The notes under the pieces were generated by a model. That model ran no database searches. It saw only the letters and a list, made by a program, of their open reading frames with translations, and had not been told where the DNA came from. Positions 16,183 to 25,768 of a stretch of DNA of 64,000 nucleotides are shown one piece after another; position 1 is the stretch's first letter; each line of letters begins with the position of its first letter. Source of the DNA: an uncultured bacterium (GTDB taxonomy: Bacteria; Krumholzibacteriota; Krumholzibacteriia; LZORAL124-64-63); assembly GCA_963732385.1 (NCBI GenBank), contig CAVSZB010000005.1:64001-128000 (forward strand). The letters run 5' to 3'. The position numbers and the translations under genes are program-made.

Positions 16183-18846
16183 TCAGGTCATCCGGTACTG
16201 GAACGTCCCCTGGTCCACGAGCACCTCGACGCGCGAGAACGGCTCGCTCGCCGCCATCCGCGTCAGAAACTCCACCGAGATCTGCGGCAACAGCGTCTGG
16301 GTGAGGATGTGATCGATGGCCCGGGCCCCGCTTTCCGCCTCGGTGCAGCGCGCGGCGATCGCCTCGAGCAGGTCGTCGCCATAGACGAAGTCGACCCGGT
16401 GGTTCTGCCGCACGCGGCGGGCGATCCGCCCGAGCTGCAGGCTGATGATGCGCCGCAGCGGCTCGCCCTGGATCGGATAGTACGGCACGACGACCATGCG
16501 TCCGAGCAGCGCGGCCGGGAACTGCCGCAGCAGCTCGGGGCGGATCGCGTCGGCCAGCCCTGCCGGCTCCGGGCAGGTCTCCGGGTCGGCGCACAGCTTC
16601 ATGATCGTATCCGAACCGACGTTGGAGGTGAGCAGGATCACGGTGTTCTTGAAGTCGATCTCCCGCCCCTGGCCGTCTTCGAGCATCCCCTTGTCGAACA
16701 CCTGGTAGAACAGCTCCATCACGTCGGGGTGGGCCTTCTCCACCTCGTCGAGCAGGACCACGGCGTACGGACGCCGACGCACCGCCTCGGTGAGCACGCC
16801 CCCCTCGCCGTAGCCGACGTAGCCGGGCGGCGCCCCCTTCAGGCTCGAAACCGTGTGCGCCTCCTGGTACTCCGACATGTTGATCGTGATCAGATTGCGC
16901 TCGCCGCCGTAGAGCGCCTCGGCCAGCGCCAGGGCGGTTTCGGTCTTGCCCACGCCGCTCGGACCGACGAGCAGGAAGACCCCCACCGGCCGCGACGGGT
17001 TGTCGAGGCCGGCGCGCGCGGTGCGGATCCGGCGCGCCACCGCCTCGAGGCCGTGGTCCTGGCCGATCACCCGCTCGCGCAGCCGGTCGCCGAGATTGAG
17101 CACGGTCTGGATCTCGTCGGCCACCATGCGGCCGGTCGGGATGCCGGTCCAGCCGGAGATCACCTCGGCGATGGTCTGGTCGCTGACCTCGCAGCCGACG
17201 AGCGGCTGCTCCCCCTGGAGCCTGGCGAGCTGGCCGCGCAGCTTGTCCAGCTCGGCGCGCAGCTTCTTCTGCTCGGCGGCCTTGAGCGGCTCGCTCCCCT
17301 CCTCCCCCTCCAGCCGGGTGCGGACGGCCACGAGCTTGTCCACCAGCTCCAGCTCCTGCTTCCAGCGCGTCTCCATCTCGGCCAGGCGCGTGGCGCTGTC
17401 GGCGCGGGCGGCGGCGATCTCGGCCAGCCGCTCCGCATGGTCGACGCCCAGGGCGCTCTCGCGCTGGAGGATGCGCGTCTCGGTGTCGAGCGCGTCGAGC
17501 CGCCGGTGGAGATCCTCCACCGGCGCCGGCGTGGCGCTGCGGCCGATGGCCACCCGCGCGCAGGCCGTGTCGAGCACGCTGACCGACTTGTCGGGCAGCT
17601 GGCGGGCCGGGATGTAGCGGTGCGACAGCTTCACGGAGGCGGACACCGCGCCGTCCAAAATGCGCACCCCGTGGTGCTTCTCGAGCTTCGGCGAGAGACC
17701 GCGCATCATCTCCACGGCGGAGCTTTCGGTCGGCTCGTCCACCTTGACCACCTGGAACCGCCGCGACAGCGCGGGGTCCTTCTCGAAATAGCGTTTGTAC
17801 TCCGCCCAGGTGGTGGCGGCGATCGTGCGCAGCTCGCCGCGCGCGAGGGCCGGCTTGAGCAGGTTCGCGGCGTCATTCTGCCCCTCCTGGCCGCCGGCGC
17901 CGATCATGGTGTGCGCCTCGTCGATGAACAGGATGATCGGCCGCGGCGACGTTTTGACCTCGGAGATGACCTGCTTGAGCCGGTTCTCGAACTCGCCCTT
18001 GACCCCGGCCCCGGCCTGCAGCAGCCCGAGATCGAGCGTGCGCAGCGCCACGCCCTGCAGGATCGGCGGCACGTCGCCCGCCGCGATGCGCAGCGCGAAC
18101 CCCTCCACGACGGCCGTTTTGCCCACGCCGGCCTCGCCGGTCAAAATCGGGTTGTTCTGGCGGCGACGCGTGAGGATGTCGATGATCTGGCGGATCTCCG
18201 CGTCGCGCCCCAGGACCGGGTCGACGCGTCCGGCCTGCGCTTCGGCCGTGAGGTCGATCGTGAACTGGTCCAGGGCCGGCGTGCCGGCCCCGGCCACCGC
18301 GCCGGCGGCCCCGCCGGCCGCACCGGCGCCGCCGACCGGCGCGCCCGCGCCGAGCGCGAACACCTCGCGATCCTCGGGCGAGCCCGCCACGATCGCGGCG
18401 AACTCGTGCTCGAGCGTCTCGAGCTTGATGCGACGCAGGTCGGGCGAGGCGTCGAGCAGGCGGCGCTGCAGCTGCCGATCGCCGAGCGCCCCCAGCAGCA
18501 GGGCTCCCGAGCGCACCCGGGCGGTGCCGAGATTGATCGACGAAAGCACCCACCCCTCCCGCATCACGTCCTCCAGGCTCGGCGAGAGCTGGGGCCGGCC
18601 GCCATTGCCGGTCTTGTACTGGTCGAGCGACCGCTCGAGGTCGCGCAGGAAGCGGTCAGGCTCGATCTCGAACCGGCGCAGGATGCGGTCGAAATCGCCG
18701 CCGGTCCCCTCGCCCAGCTTCATGAACCAGTGCTCGAGCTCCACCTCGTAGTGGGTGCGTGAAAGACAGAGCCCCGCCGCGCCCTCCAGCCCGCGCCGGG
18801 CATTGTCCGTCAGCTTCCCGACCAGCGACTTCAGGTTCAGACTCAC
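16183..18846 (-). CDS. tssH: T6SS AAA+ ATPase ClpV/TssH
   Basis: N-terminal AAGLCLSRTHYEVELEH; Walker A motifs GEAGVGKT and GPSGVGKT; RRRQNNPIL. Confidence 0.97.
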   Translation of the reverse strand: MSLNLKSLVGKLTDNARRGLEGAAGLCLSRTHYEVELEHWFMKLGEGTGGDFDRILRRFEIEPDRFLRDLERSLDQYKTGNGGRPQLSPSLEDVMREGWVLSSINLGTARVRSGALLLGALGDRQLQRRLLDASPDLRRIKLETLEHEFAAIVAGSPEDREVFALGAGAPVGGAGAAGGAAGAVAGAGTPALDQFTIDLTAEAQAGRVDPVLGRDAEIRQIIDILTRRRQNNPILTGEAGVGKTAVVEGFALRIAAGDVPPILQGVALRTLDLGLLQAGAGVKGEFENRLKQVISEVKTSPRPIILFIDEAHTMIGAGGQEGQNDAANLLKPALARGELRTIAATTWAEYKRYFEKDPALSRRFQVVKVDEPTESSAVEMMRGLSPKLEKHHGVRILDGAVSASVKLSHRYIPARQLPDKSVSVLDTACARVAIGRSATPAPVEDLHRRLDALDTETRILQRESALGVDHAERLAEIAAARADSATRLAEMETRWKQELELVDKLVAVRTRLEGEEGSEPLKAAEQKKLRAELDKLRGQLARLQGEQPLVGCEVSDQTIAEVISGWTGIPTGRMVADEIQTVLNLGDRLRERVIGQDHGLEAVARRIRTARAGLDNPSRPVGVFLLVGPSGVGKTETALALAEALYGGERNLITINMSEYQEAHTVSSLKGAPPGYVGYGEGGVLTEAVRRRPYAVVLLDEVEKAHPDVMELFYQVFDKGMLEDGQGREIDFKNTVILLTSNVGSDTIMKLCADPETCPEPAGLADAIRPELLRQFPAALLGRMVVVPYYPIQGEPLRRIISLQLGRIARRVRQNHRVDFVYGDDLLEAIAARCTEAESGARAIDHILTQTLLPQISVEFLTRMAASEPFSRVEVLVDQGTFQYRMT

Positions 18847-18878
18847 GAATCCCCTCCTCGCATCCGGGATCGTTGCGC

Positions 18879-19934
18879 TCAGGCCACGGCGCTTGCCGGC
18901 GCCTGCGCGTCGATGAGGATTTCCGCCGACGCCTCCCGCGTCCGCGCCGACTGGAGCCAGGTGGACCAGCCGAGCCAGGGCGCGCCGTGCGCGTCGGCCA
19001 CGCCCAGGCGCAGGCCGGGCACCGCCTCGGGCCGCAGCACGAGCTGCAGGTCGAAATCGTGCTCCGCGCCGGCGCCCAGCCGCACCATCTCGACCAGCGG
19101 CCGGAAGGCCTGGCCGGTGGGCAGCAGCTCCTGGAACGCCGGCCAGTCGAGCGGGCCGAGGCGCAGCCGGAAGCGCGCCTGCGCCACCTGCACGCGGCCG
19201 CCGAGCGTCAGATCGCAGCCCAGCTGGTTCGCGTACCGGCCGAGCCGGCTGCGCTCCTCCTCACCGATGACATACCACTCGGGAACGAACTGCTCCACGG
19301 CGACCGGCACGCCGAAATAGCTCTCCAGCAGGTCCGCCAGCCCGACGGCGGTGACGCGACCGCGCCGGAACGCCGACGCCCGCGCCAGCAGGGCGCGCGC
19401 GTCGAACGGCAGCTCGTGCCCCGTGTCGGGCGCACCCAGACCGAGCAGCGAGAGCAGAGCGCGCTCGAACACGCCCGGCTTGTCGCTGTCATCCCGTTCG
19501 TAGGTGATCGGAAAGCGGTACTTGGCCCAGGCGCGGTAGAAGAGCGAGACCAGCCGATGGTTGAACAGGTCGAAGAAGTCGCGCAGCGCCGTGTCGCGCT
19601 CACGCAGCCGGGTCAGCAGCAGCTCCACGTACGGCGTCGGCAGGCTGCCGAAGCTGGCGGGGGTGGCGAGGCCCATGAAGGCGACCGTGAGCTGCGCCGG
19701 CCCCTCGCCGGTCGGAGCGGTCACGGACCTGACGTCGCTTGGCGGGAAGGCCAGCGAGACATCGGAGAGGAAGCGAACCGTCTCGCGACGCGGATCGTCC
19801 CCTTCGCCGACAGGCACGGCTGCCGACGCCCCGAGCTGCAGCAGGCGCACCGCCTGGAAGAACTCGAAGCGGTATCCGTGCGCGAACAGCAGTTCGCTCA
19901 GGTCAGCGTGACTTGTCCGGCGCGAGGCGGCCAC
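18879..19934 (-). CDS. tssG: T6SS baseplate subunit TssG
   Basis: FEFFQAVRLL, SLAFPPSDV, DFFDLFNHRLVSLFYRAWAKYR, LGWSTWL. Confidence 0.95.
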   Translation of the reverse strand: MAASRRTSHADLSELLFAHGYRFEFFQAVRLLQLGASAAVPVGEGDDPRRETVRFLSDVSLAFPPSDVRSVTAPTGEGPAQLTVAFMGLATPASFGSLPTPYVELLLTRLRERDTALRDFFDLFNHRLVSLFYRAWAKYRFPITYERDDSDKPGVFERALLSLLGLGAPDTGHELPFDARALLARASAFRRGRVTAVGLADLLESYFGVPVAVEQFVPEWYVIGEEERSRLGRYANQLGCDLTLGGRVQVAQARFRLRLGPLDWPAFQELLPTGQAFRPLVEMVRLGAGAEHDFDLQLVLRPEAVPGLRLGVADAHGAPWLGWSTWLQSARTREASAEILIDAQAPASAVA

Positions 19935-21796
19935 CGCTTCATCACCCCTTCCGCCTGGCGGCCGACGGCCACCGTCTGGGTGAACGAGTTCACCGTCGTG
20001 TAGAGCCCGAAGAAGCGCTCCAGGACCGACGCGAAGAGGAACGCGCTGCTGCCGGCGTACTTCGCCTCGTCGAACTCCAGCGTGACCTCCAGGCCCCGCA
20101 CGAACAGGCGTCCGCTGCCCGTCGCCACGCGCCTCAGCGCGCGCTGCGCGCGCACGCCGACCAGGCCGGAAATACGTTTGCGGGTCGCCTCGGAGTTGAC
20201 GTAGTCGAGCAGCGAAAGCAGCTCCCGCAGCGCGACCGGATCGCTGGCGGGCGTGGCGGATGACGCGCCGCCCTCCTCCTCGGTCGTGGCCTCGGGCGCC
20301 AGACCGGACAGCGAGAGATGGTTGAGCTGGAGCATCGACACCAGACGCCAGTGTCCCTCGCGCCGCAGCGGCAGGCGCAAGGTGGGCGTCGGCTTGCGCA
20401 GGGCGCGGACCCGCGTCACGCCGGGCTGCCCTTCGATCTGGAAATCGCCGCGCTCGTCACCCAGGAGCAGGCCGGCCGGCACGTCGCGGTTGCTGCAGAC
20501 GGCGCGGACCATCAGGGTCTCGCTCGGCATCTCCTGCAGCGGACGCCCGTTGCGGTCCGCCAGCATCAGGAACAGGTCCGTGCCCGGGTCGCCCTCCCGC
20601 GGCGACGGGCGTCGCGTGGCGCTCCAGAAGGCCGGCTCGTGCCCGCGCGGGTCGCCGTGACGCAACGAGTAGAAGGGGCGGTAGCTCGTGACCGCGCCCG
20701 TACCCGGCTCCACCGACTCCACATCCTGCACCGCGATGACCTCGTAGGCGTGAGCGGCGTGCAGGTCGGGAACGACCGCGTACTCCGACACGGCGTGGGT
20801 CAGCCGGATCGGCTCGGCCTGGTAGGGGAACAGGTTGACGGCGGGCGCGCAGCCGAGCCGCAGGCTCTCGGGACCGAGCGCGCTGGCCAAAGCGAGCGGC
20901 GGCTGTTCGAGCAGGACCAGCAGCTCGAGATCCGGTCCGCAACCGGCGAGCACGTCGGGAGTCAGACCGGCGATGTCGACGAACAGGAACTTGTCGGGGA
21001 AACAGAAATAGTCCTGCAGCAGGCCGTAGCCGACCTGCGACGCGGGCGTGCTTTCGAGCAGCATCTCGTCCGGGCCGAAGCCGACGGCCTGCAGCCGGTC
21101 GGGCGGCAGGAAACGGCCCGGCGTACGGCGCCCGGCCGGAGCGTTCGTGGCCTGGCCGTTCTGCACCAGCACGCCCAGAGGATTCCGCATCAACTGGCCG
21201 TAGAGCTGGTGGGCGATGTCGGGCGATCCGTCCACGAAGAAGCGCAGGGAGCCCAGCGGCAGTTGCGCGAAATTCTGCGCGCCGATCGTGCGCAGCCTGA
21301 TGCGGATCGCGCCCGCCGCCCCGGCGGGAGCGCCGGGGTGACCGCGATCCAGGGGCGCGACGTCCACGCCGGTCACCTGGATCGGCCAGAGCGTGACCGG
21401 GTAGCAGGTGCGGAACCGGCAGCGCACCCCGCCGACGGGGCGGGTGTGCAGCAGGGAGTGGCGCGGCAACCGGATGCCGGTCGTCGCCTCGGCGCGGCTG
21501 GCGTCGGGCGTGAACTGCGCGATGGTGAGCGAGGGCACCGGCGCGAGCAGCTGCGGGTAGAGCGCGCCCAGAAATGCATTGGTGATCTCGGGGAACTCGT
21601 CGTCGAGGCGCAGCTGCACGCGCGCCGTCAGGACCGCGAACGCCTCGATCATCCGCTCCACGTGCGGATCCTCGCACCGGTCGGGCTCCAGGAGGAGCTG
21701 GCTGGCGATGCCGGGATGCTTGGCGGCGAACTCCGCCGCCAGGCGCCGGATGAAACGCAGTTCGCGCTCGTAGTACTGCTGCAATTCGTCGGACAT
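19898..21796 (-). CDS. tssF: T6SS baseplate subunit TssF
   Basis: YYERELRFIR, DPHVERMIEAFA, LGCAPAVNLF, FASVLERFFGLYTTVNSFTQ, WPPRAG; start reassigned to ATG 21796. Confidence 0.95.
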   Translation of the reverse strand: MSDELQQYYERELRFIRRLAAEFAAKHPGIASQLLLEPDRCEDPHVERMIEAFAVLTARVQLRLDDEFPEITNAFLGALYPQLLAPVPSLTIAQFTPDASRAEATTGIRLPRHSLLHTRPVGGVRCRFRTCYPVTLWPIQVTGVDVAPLDRGHPGAPAGAAGAIRIRLRTIGAQNFAQLPLGSLRFFVDGSPDIAHQLYGQLMRNPLGVLVQNGQATNAPAGRRTPGRFLPPDRLQAVGFGPDEMLLESTPASQVGYGLLQDYFCFPDKFLFVDIAGLTPDVLAGCGPDLELLVLLEQPPLALASALGPESLRLGCAPAVNLFPYQAEPIRLTHAVSEYAVVPDLHAAHAYEVIAVQDVESVEPGTGAVTSYRPFYSLRHGDPRGHEPAFWSATRRPSPREGDPGTDLFLMLADRNGRPLQEMPSETLMVRAVCSNRDVPAGLLLGDERGDFQIEGQPGVTRVRALRKPTPTLRLPLRREGHWRLVSMLQLNHLSLSGLAPEATTEEEGGASSATPASDPVALRELLSLLDYVNSEATRKRISGLVGVRAQRALRRVATGSGRLFVRGLEVTLEFDEAKYAGSSAFLFASVLERFFGLYTTVNSFTQTVAVGRQAEGVMKRWPPRAGQVTLT

Positions 21797-22278
21797 CAAT
21801 CCCCCGTCGTGACCTGGACCGCGCCGCTGGCCGTTTCGACGCTCGTATCGAAGGAGATCGGTTCGCGCACCGGATCGACGTTGAGCAGCGCGTGGATGCT
21901 GAACTTCAGGCGCGCGTGCCCCTCTTCGCGCCCCGACACGGACTCCACCTTGATCGAGCGCGGCAGCAGCCGGGGCTCGAACGTGCGCAGCGCCTCTTCG
22001 ATGTGCACGCAGATGCGCTGACGGTCCGCATGGCTGCTGGAAAAGAGGGTCAGGTCGGGTATCCCGTAGGCGAGGATCGAACTGCGGGCCTCGGGCAGGT
22101 CCGACAGATCCAGCAGCGGCTGGCGCGAATTGAGCAGCCACTCGATGTCACGGCGCACCGACTGCTTCAGTTCCTCCACGCCGATGCGCAGATCGCCCTG
22201 ACGGCGCCCGCCGCCGGTCGACACCAGCCGATCGAGCACGGAGTGACGCAGAACATCCCTGGGCCGCGAGTCCGCCAT
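21796..22278 (-). CDS. tssE: T6SS baseplate subunit TssE (gp25-like)
   Basis: SVLDRL, VRRDIEWLLN, SILAYGIPD, FEPRL. Confidence 0.93.
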   Translation of the reverse strand: MADSRPRDVLRHSVLDRLVSTGGGRRQGDLRIGVEELKQSVRRDIEWLLNSRQPLLDLSDLPEARSSILAYGIPDLTLFSSSHADRQRICVHIEEALRTFEPRLLPRSIKVESVSGREEGHARLKFSIHALLNVDPVREPISFDTSVETASGAVQVTTGD

Positions 22279-22306
22279 CGCCGTCCCCTTGCGCCGACAC
22301 CCGGCG

Positions 22307-23122
22307 CTAGGCGGCCGGGCCGAATTCCAGCGAGCGCACCGCGAGCAGGCCCGCATCGCGCTCTTCTCCGTCAAGACCCACGCAGGCCAGCAACCGCTGG
22401 CCGAGGCCGCGGAAGAACGGCCCTTCGTCCTGCCAGTCGGTCTGCCGACCCAGGCAAAGCTGCTCGTCGGGCGCCGCGGCCGACCCGGCGTAGAGCACGG
22501 GCAGATGCACCGCGGCCGTCTCCCCGTCGATCCCCTCCAGGCGGGCCGGCAGCCAGAGCAGGTCCAGCAGATGCCCCGGTTCGTCGATCGTCAGCCGGCC
22601 GATCCGCTCGAATGGCAGCCAGAGGTAGCGACCGCCCGCGAAAACCTCGAGCACGGAGCCGAGCAGATCGTCCAGATCCCGCAGCCCCGCGAACTCGCGG
22701 CCGTCGAGCCGCCCGACCAGCGCGGGCTGCGCGGCGACCGCCGCCTCGAGGCGGCGACCGGCCTCGGCCGCATTGCCGCCACGCCAGGCAGCCAGCGCCG
22801 CCTGGCGCTCCCGTGCATGCGCCGGCGCGTCGGGAGGAAGCAGGGGCGCCTCCTCCCCGCCGAAGACCGCCACCCGGTGGCGTTCCGCCGCCAGCAGTCC
22901 GCCGTAGACCCCTGCCGACGTGGTCAGCTGGGGGTCCTGGTGGACCAGAACGTCAAGCTGGCGAGCGGCGCGGTCCCACTCGCCAGCAAAACAGAGCAGG
23001 CCGAACAGCAGGTAACGCTCCCCCGCGTCGAGCGGCCGTGTCTTGACCGCCGCCTGCTGCGCCGCGACGGCCTCGGCGAGACGGCCGGCCTGCAGCAATG
23101 TCCGGGCGTCGGATCCCGCCAT
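22307..23122 (-). CDS. tagJ: T6SS accessory protein TagJ (ImpE/SciE family)
   Basis: LFGLLCFAGEWDRA, DLDDLLGSVLE, YLWLPF, LLDLLW.PA, LGRQTDW, GLGQR. Confidence 0.9.
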   Translation of the reverse strand: MAGSDARTLLQAGRLAEAVAAQQAAVKTRPLDAGERYLLFGLLCFAGEWDRAARQLDVLVHQDPQLTTSAGVYGGLLAAERHRVAVFGGEEAPLLPPDAPAHARERQAALAAWRGGNAAEAGRRLEAAVAAQPALVGRLDGREFAGLRDLDDLLGSVLEVFAGGRYLWLPFERIGRLTIDEPGHLLDLLWLPARLEGIDGETAAVHLPVLYAGSAAAPDEQLCLGRQTDWQDEGPFFRGLGQRLLACVGLDGEERDAGLLAVRSLEFGPAA

Positions 23123-23145
23123 CACCCACCGCCCCCTTGCCGGCC

Positions 23146-23634
23146 TTACTTGGTGGCGTTGGTCTGCAGGTTCCAGGAGCCGGCGGTGTTGCCGCCGCCG
23201 CCGCCGCCTTCGCGCTTCTGGATCGTGTACTTCCACTCGATCTTGCCGTAATTGAAGCCGACGTTCTCGATCGGCAGGCCCTGGCTCGACCCGCCCACGG
23301 AGACGTTCGAGATGATGGCGTTGGTCAGCTTGTACTCCATGTACTGGACCTGCCCGCCCTCGGTGGAACGGCAGAGCGTGAGCGTGATCTGCTTCAGGTG
23401 CGCCCCCTCACTGCACTTCTGGGCCAGGATGGGCGACGCCTTGTCGAGCTCCTTGGTGATCGTGAAATCGCCGTGCTCGCAACGACCGACCGAGGCGCCG
23501 CCCGCGGTGCTGGCCGAGGCGGCAGCCGGCTGGCTGACGCCGTGCGAGAACGACAGGATCTCGATCCAGTCCTTGAAATTGGCGGCGGTGCTCTCCCCCG
23601 GAATGCCCTCGATCTTCAGATACGCATCGGTCAT
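23146..23634 (-). CDS. hcp: T6SS tube protein Hcp
   Basis: DAYLKIEGIPGES, WIEILSFSHGVSQ, TKELDKASP, YGKIEWKY. Confidence 0.97.
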   Translation of the reverse strand: MTDAYLKIEGIPGESTAANFKDWIEILSFSHGVSQPAAASASTAGGASVGRCEHGDFTITKELDKASPILAQKCSEGAHLKQITLTLCRSTEGGQVQYMEYKLTNAIISNVSVGGSSQGLPIENVGFNYGKIEWKYTIQKREGGGGGGNTAGSWNLQTNATK

Positions 23635-23724
23635 GACGTTACATCCTTTCGGCACGGCGGGCGCCCTCAGGACGCACCGCCCTCCTCCATCACGCCGTGG
23701 ACGACGGGCCCTGCCCGCCGCCCC

Positions 23725-25221
23725 TTACTTGGCCGCCGCGGGCAGGTCCGCCACCAGCCGCAGCGAAACATTCAACTCCTCGAGCTGGAAGTGCGGTCGC
23801 AGATGCGCCACGGCCCGGTAGCAGCCGGGCCGCGCCTTGTCCTCGACCACCTCGATGCTCGCCTCGCGCAGCGGGAACTTGGCCTTCTGCTCCTGCGTGG
23901 CGTCGTCCTGGTCGAGCACGTAGTGGCTGATCCAGTTGTTCAGGAACGTCTGCACCTGCGAACGCGACGCGAAGGCGCCGATCTTGTCCCGGCAGATCGC
24001 CTTCAGATAGTGCGCGATGCGCGAGGTGGCCATCAGGTACGGCAGGCGCCGCGACAGATCCGCGTTGGCCGAGGCCGCCGCGTCCTGGTAGGTCTTGGGC
24101 CGCTGCGCGGTGTAGCCGCTGAAGAACGCCGCATAGTCGGTGTTCTTGCAGTTGACCAGGCCGATGAAGCCGAGGTCGGACAGCTCCTTGTCGCGCGTGT
24201 CGGGGATCAGCACCTCGGTCGGGCACTTGCTGCCGACGTCGCCCTCGCGCGTCTTGAAGACGTGGATCGGCAGCCCCTCGACCAGGCCGCCACCCTCCGG
24301 TCCGCGGATCGCCACGCACCAGTGGTGACGGGAAAACGCCTCGGTCATGCGCCCCGCCATGGCGTAGGACGCATTGCTCCACAGGTACTTGTCATGGTCG
24401 GCCCCGTCCACGTCCTCCTCGAAGTCGAACGCGTCGACCGGGGTCGTGGCGCGCCCGTAGGGGAGGCGCGCGAGCGTGTGGGGCAGGGTCAGCGCCACGA
24501 AGCGGGCGTCCTCGGAGTCGCGGAACGACAGCCACTTCGTGTTTTCAGGGTTGCTCTTGTCGAAGATCTTGGCCAGGTCGCGCGGGTCGGGCAGCTGGGA
24601 GTAGCTCTCGAGGCCGAACATCTCCGCGCCGGCCGCCGAGATGAACGGCGCATGCGCCGCAGCGGCGACATGCGAGACGTTCTCGAGCAACTCCATGTCC
24701 TGCGGGCCCTTGCCAAACTCGTAGTCCCCCACGAGCAGGCCGTACGGGTCGCCGCCATAGAGGCCGAACTCGTACTCGTAGACCTTCTTCCAGAGCGCGC
24801 TCTCGGTGAACTCGGGCGCCGCCTGGAAGTCACGCAACAGGTCCTTCTTCGAGATGTTCAGCACCCGGACCTTGAGGGTCTCGCTGGTTTCGCTCTTGTG
24901 CACCATCTGGTGCAGCCCGCGCCACGACGCTTCGAGTTTCTGGAACGGCTCGGCGTGGATGATCTCGTTGAGCTGCTGCGAAATCAGCGCGTCGATGGCG
25001 GCGATACGCTGGTTGACCGTCCGGGTGACCCCCTTGGCCACCACCGTACCGGGATCGAGGAGCTGGCCGACGAGCGTCTTGATGAGCTGCTCGCCGTACT
25101 CCCGCGCGGTCTCGTCGCGCGGCTTGATGCCGGTGGCGAGGATCTCCTTCAGGACATCCGCGCCATCGAGCTGGACGAGCTCTTTGGCCGGGATCGGCTT
25201 CGATTTCCTGGACTCTGCCAT
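23725..25221 (-). CDS. tssC: T6SS contractile sheath large subunit TssC/VipB
   Basis: FQKLEASWRGL, AAAHAPFISAA, IRGPEGGG.VE.LP, KCPTEV.I, PLREA, LRPHFQLEEL. Confidence 0.97.
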   Translation of the reverse strand: MAESRKSKPIPAKELVQLDGADVLKEILATGIKPRDETAREYGEQLIKTLVGQLLDPGTVVAKGVTRTVNQRIAAIDALISQQLNEIIHAEPFQKLEASWRGLHQMVHKSETSETLKVRVLNISKKDLLRDFQAAPEFTESALWKKVYEYEFGLYGGDPYGLLVGDYEFGKGPQDMELLENVSHVAAAAHAPFISAAGAEMFGLESYSQLPDPRDLAKIFDKSNPENTKWLSFRDSEDARFVALTLPHTLARLPYGRATTPVDAFDFEEDVDGADHDKYLWSNASYAMAGRMTEAFSRHHWCVAIRGPEGGGLVEGLPIHVFKTREGDVGSKCPTEVLIPDTRDKELSDLGFIGLVNCKNTDYAAFFSGYTAQRPKTYQDAAASANADLSRRLPYLMATSRIAHYLKAICRDKIGAFASRSQVQTFLNNWISHYVLDQDDATQEQKAKFPLREASIEVVEDKARPGCYRAVAHLRPHFQLEELNVSLRLVADLPAAAK

Positions 25222-25222
25222 G

Positions 25223-25753
25223 TTACTTCGCCTCCCCGTCGCCGGCGCCGCCCGGCTGCCCGGCGTCCAGCGCGCCCCGGAGCTTCTCGCGCAGTTCCTT
25301 GTTGTCCATGATCGTCTCGAGCAGCTCCTCGAGCCGGTCATTCCCCTCGGTCTTGCTCAGCAAGGCCTTGAGCTGCGTGCGGATCTCGAGAAGATCGTTG
25401 AGCGGCTTCACCTGCCGCACGACGTTCTCGGGCTGGAAGTCCGCCATCTTCTCGAAGTTCAGCTCCACCGACAGCTCGCTGCCGTCGTCGGCCAGCTGGT
25501 TCGGGACCTTGTAGGCGAGCCGCGGCTGCATGCTCTTGAGGACCGAATCGAAATTGTCGGGATCGACATCGACGAACTTGCGATCCTTCGGCTTGGCCAA
25601 CGGGGTCCTGGGCTGCCCTGAAAGGTCGGACATCACCCCGACGACGAAGGGCAGCTCCTTCATCGTCGGCACGCCGTTAAGCTCCACCTCGTAGGAGATG
25701 TGCACACGCGGCGGCCGCACCCGCTCCTTCTTCTTGTAGATGCTCTCACCCAT
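25223..25753 (-). CDS. tssB: T6SS contractile sheath small subunit TssB/VipA
   Basis: RPPRVHISYEVE, ELPFVVGVMSDLSG, RKFVDVD.DNFD, DFQPE. Confidence 0.97.
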   Translation of the reverse strand: MGESIYKKKERVRPPRVHISYEVELNGVPTMKELPFVVGVMSDLSGQPRTPLAKPKDRKFVDVDPDNFDSVLKSMQPRLAYKVPNQLADDGSELSVELNFEKMADFQPENVVRQVKPLNDLLEIRTQLKALLSKTEGNDRLEELLETIMDNKELREKLRGALDAGQPGGAGDGEAK

Positions 25754-25768
25754 CTTGGTCCCTCCCTC

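Noticed and set aside
13125..18762. Long plus-strand ORFs antisense to vgrG and clpV
   Set aside because: Shadow ORFs with no recognisable domains.
21797..22141. Extended N-terminus of TssF in the ORF track (similarly for TagJ, TssC, MATE)
   Set aside because: Overlaps the neighbouring gene; downstream ATGs match family N-termini.
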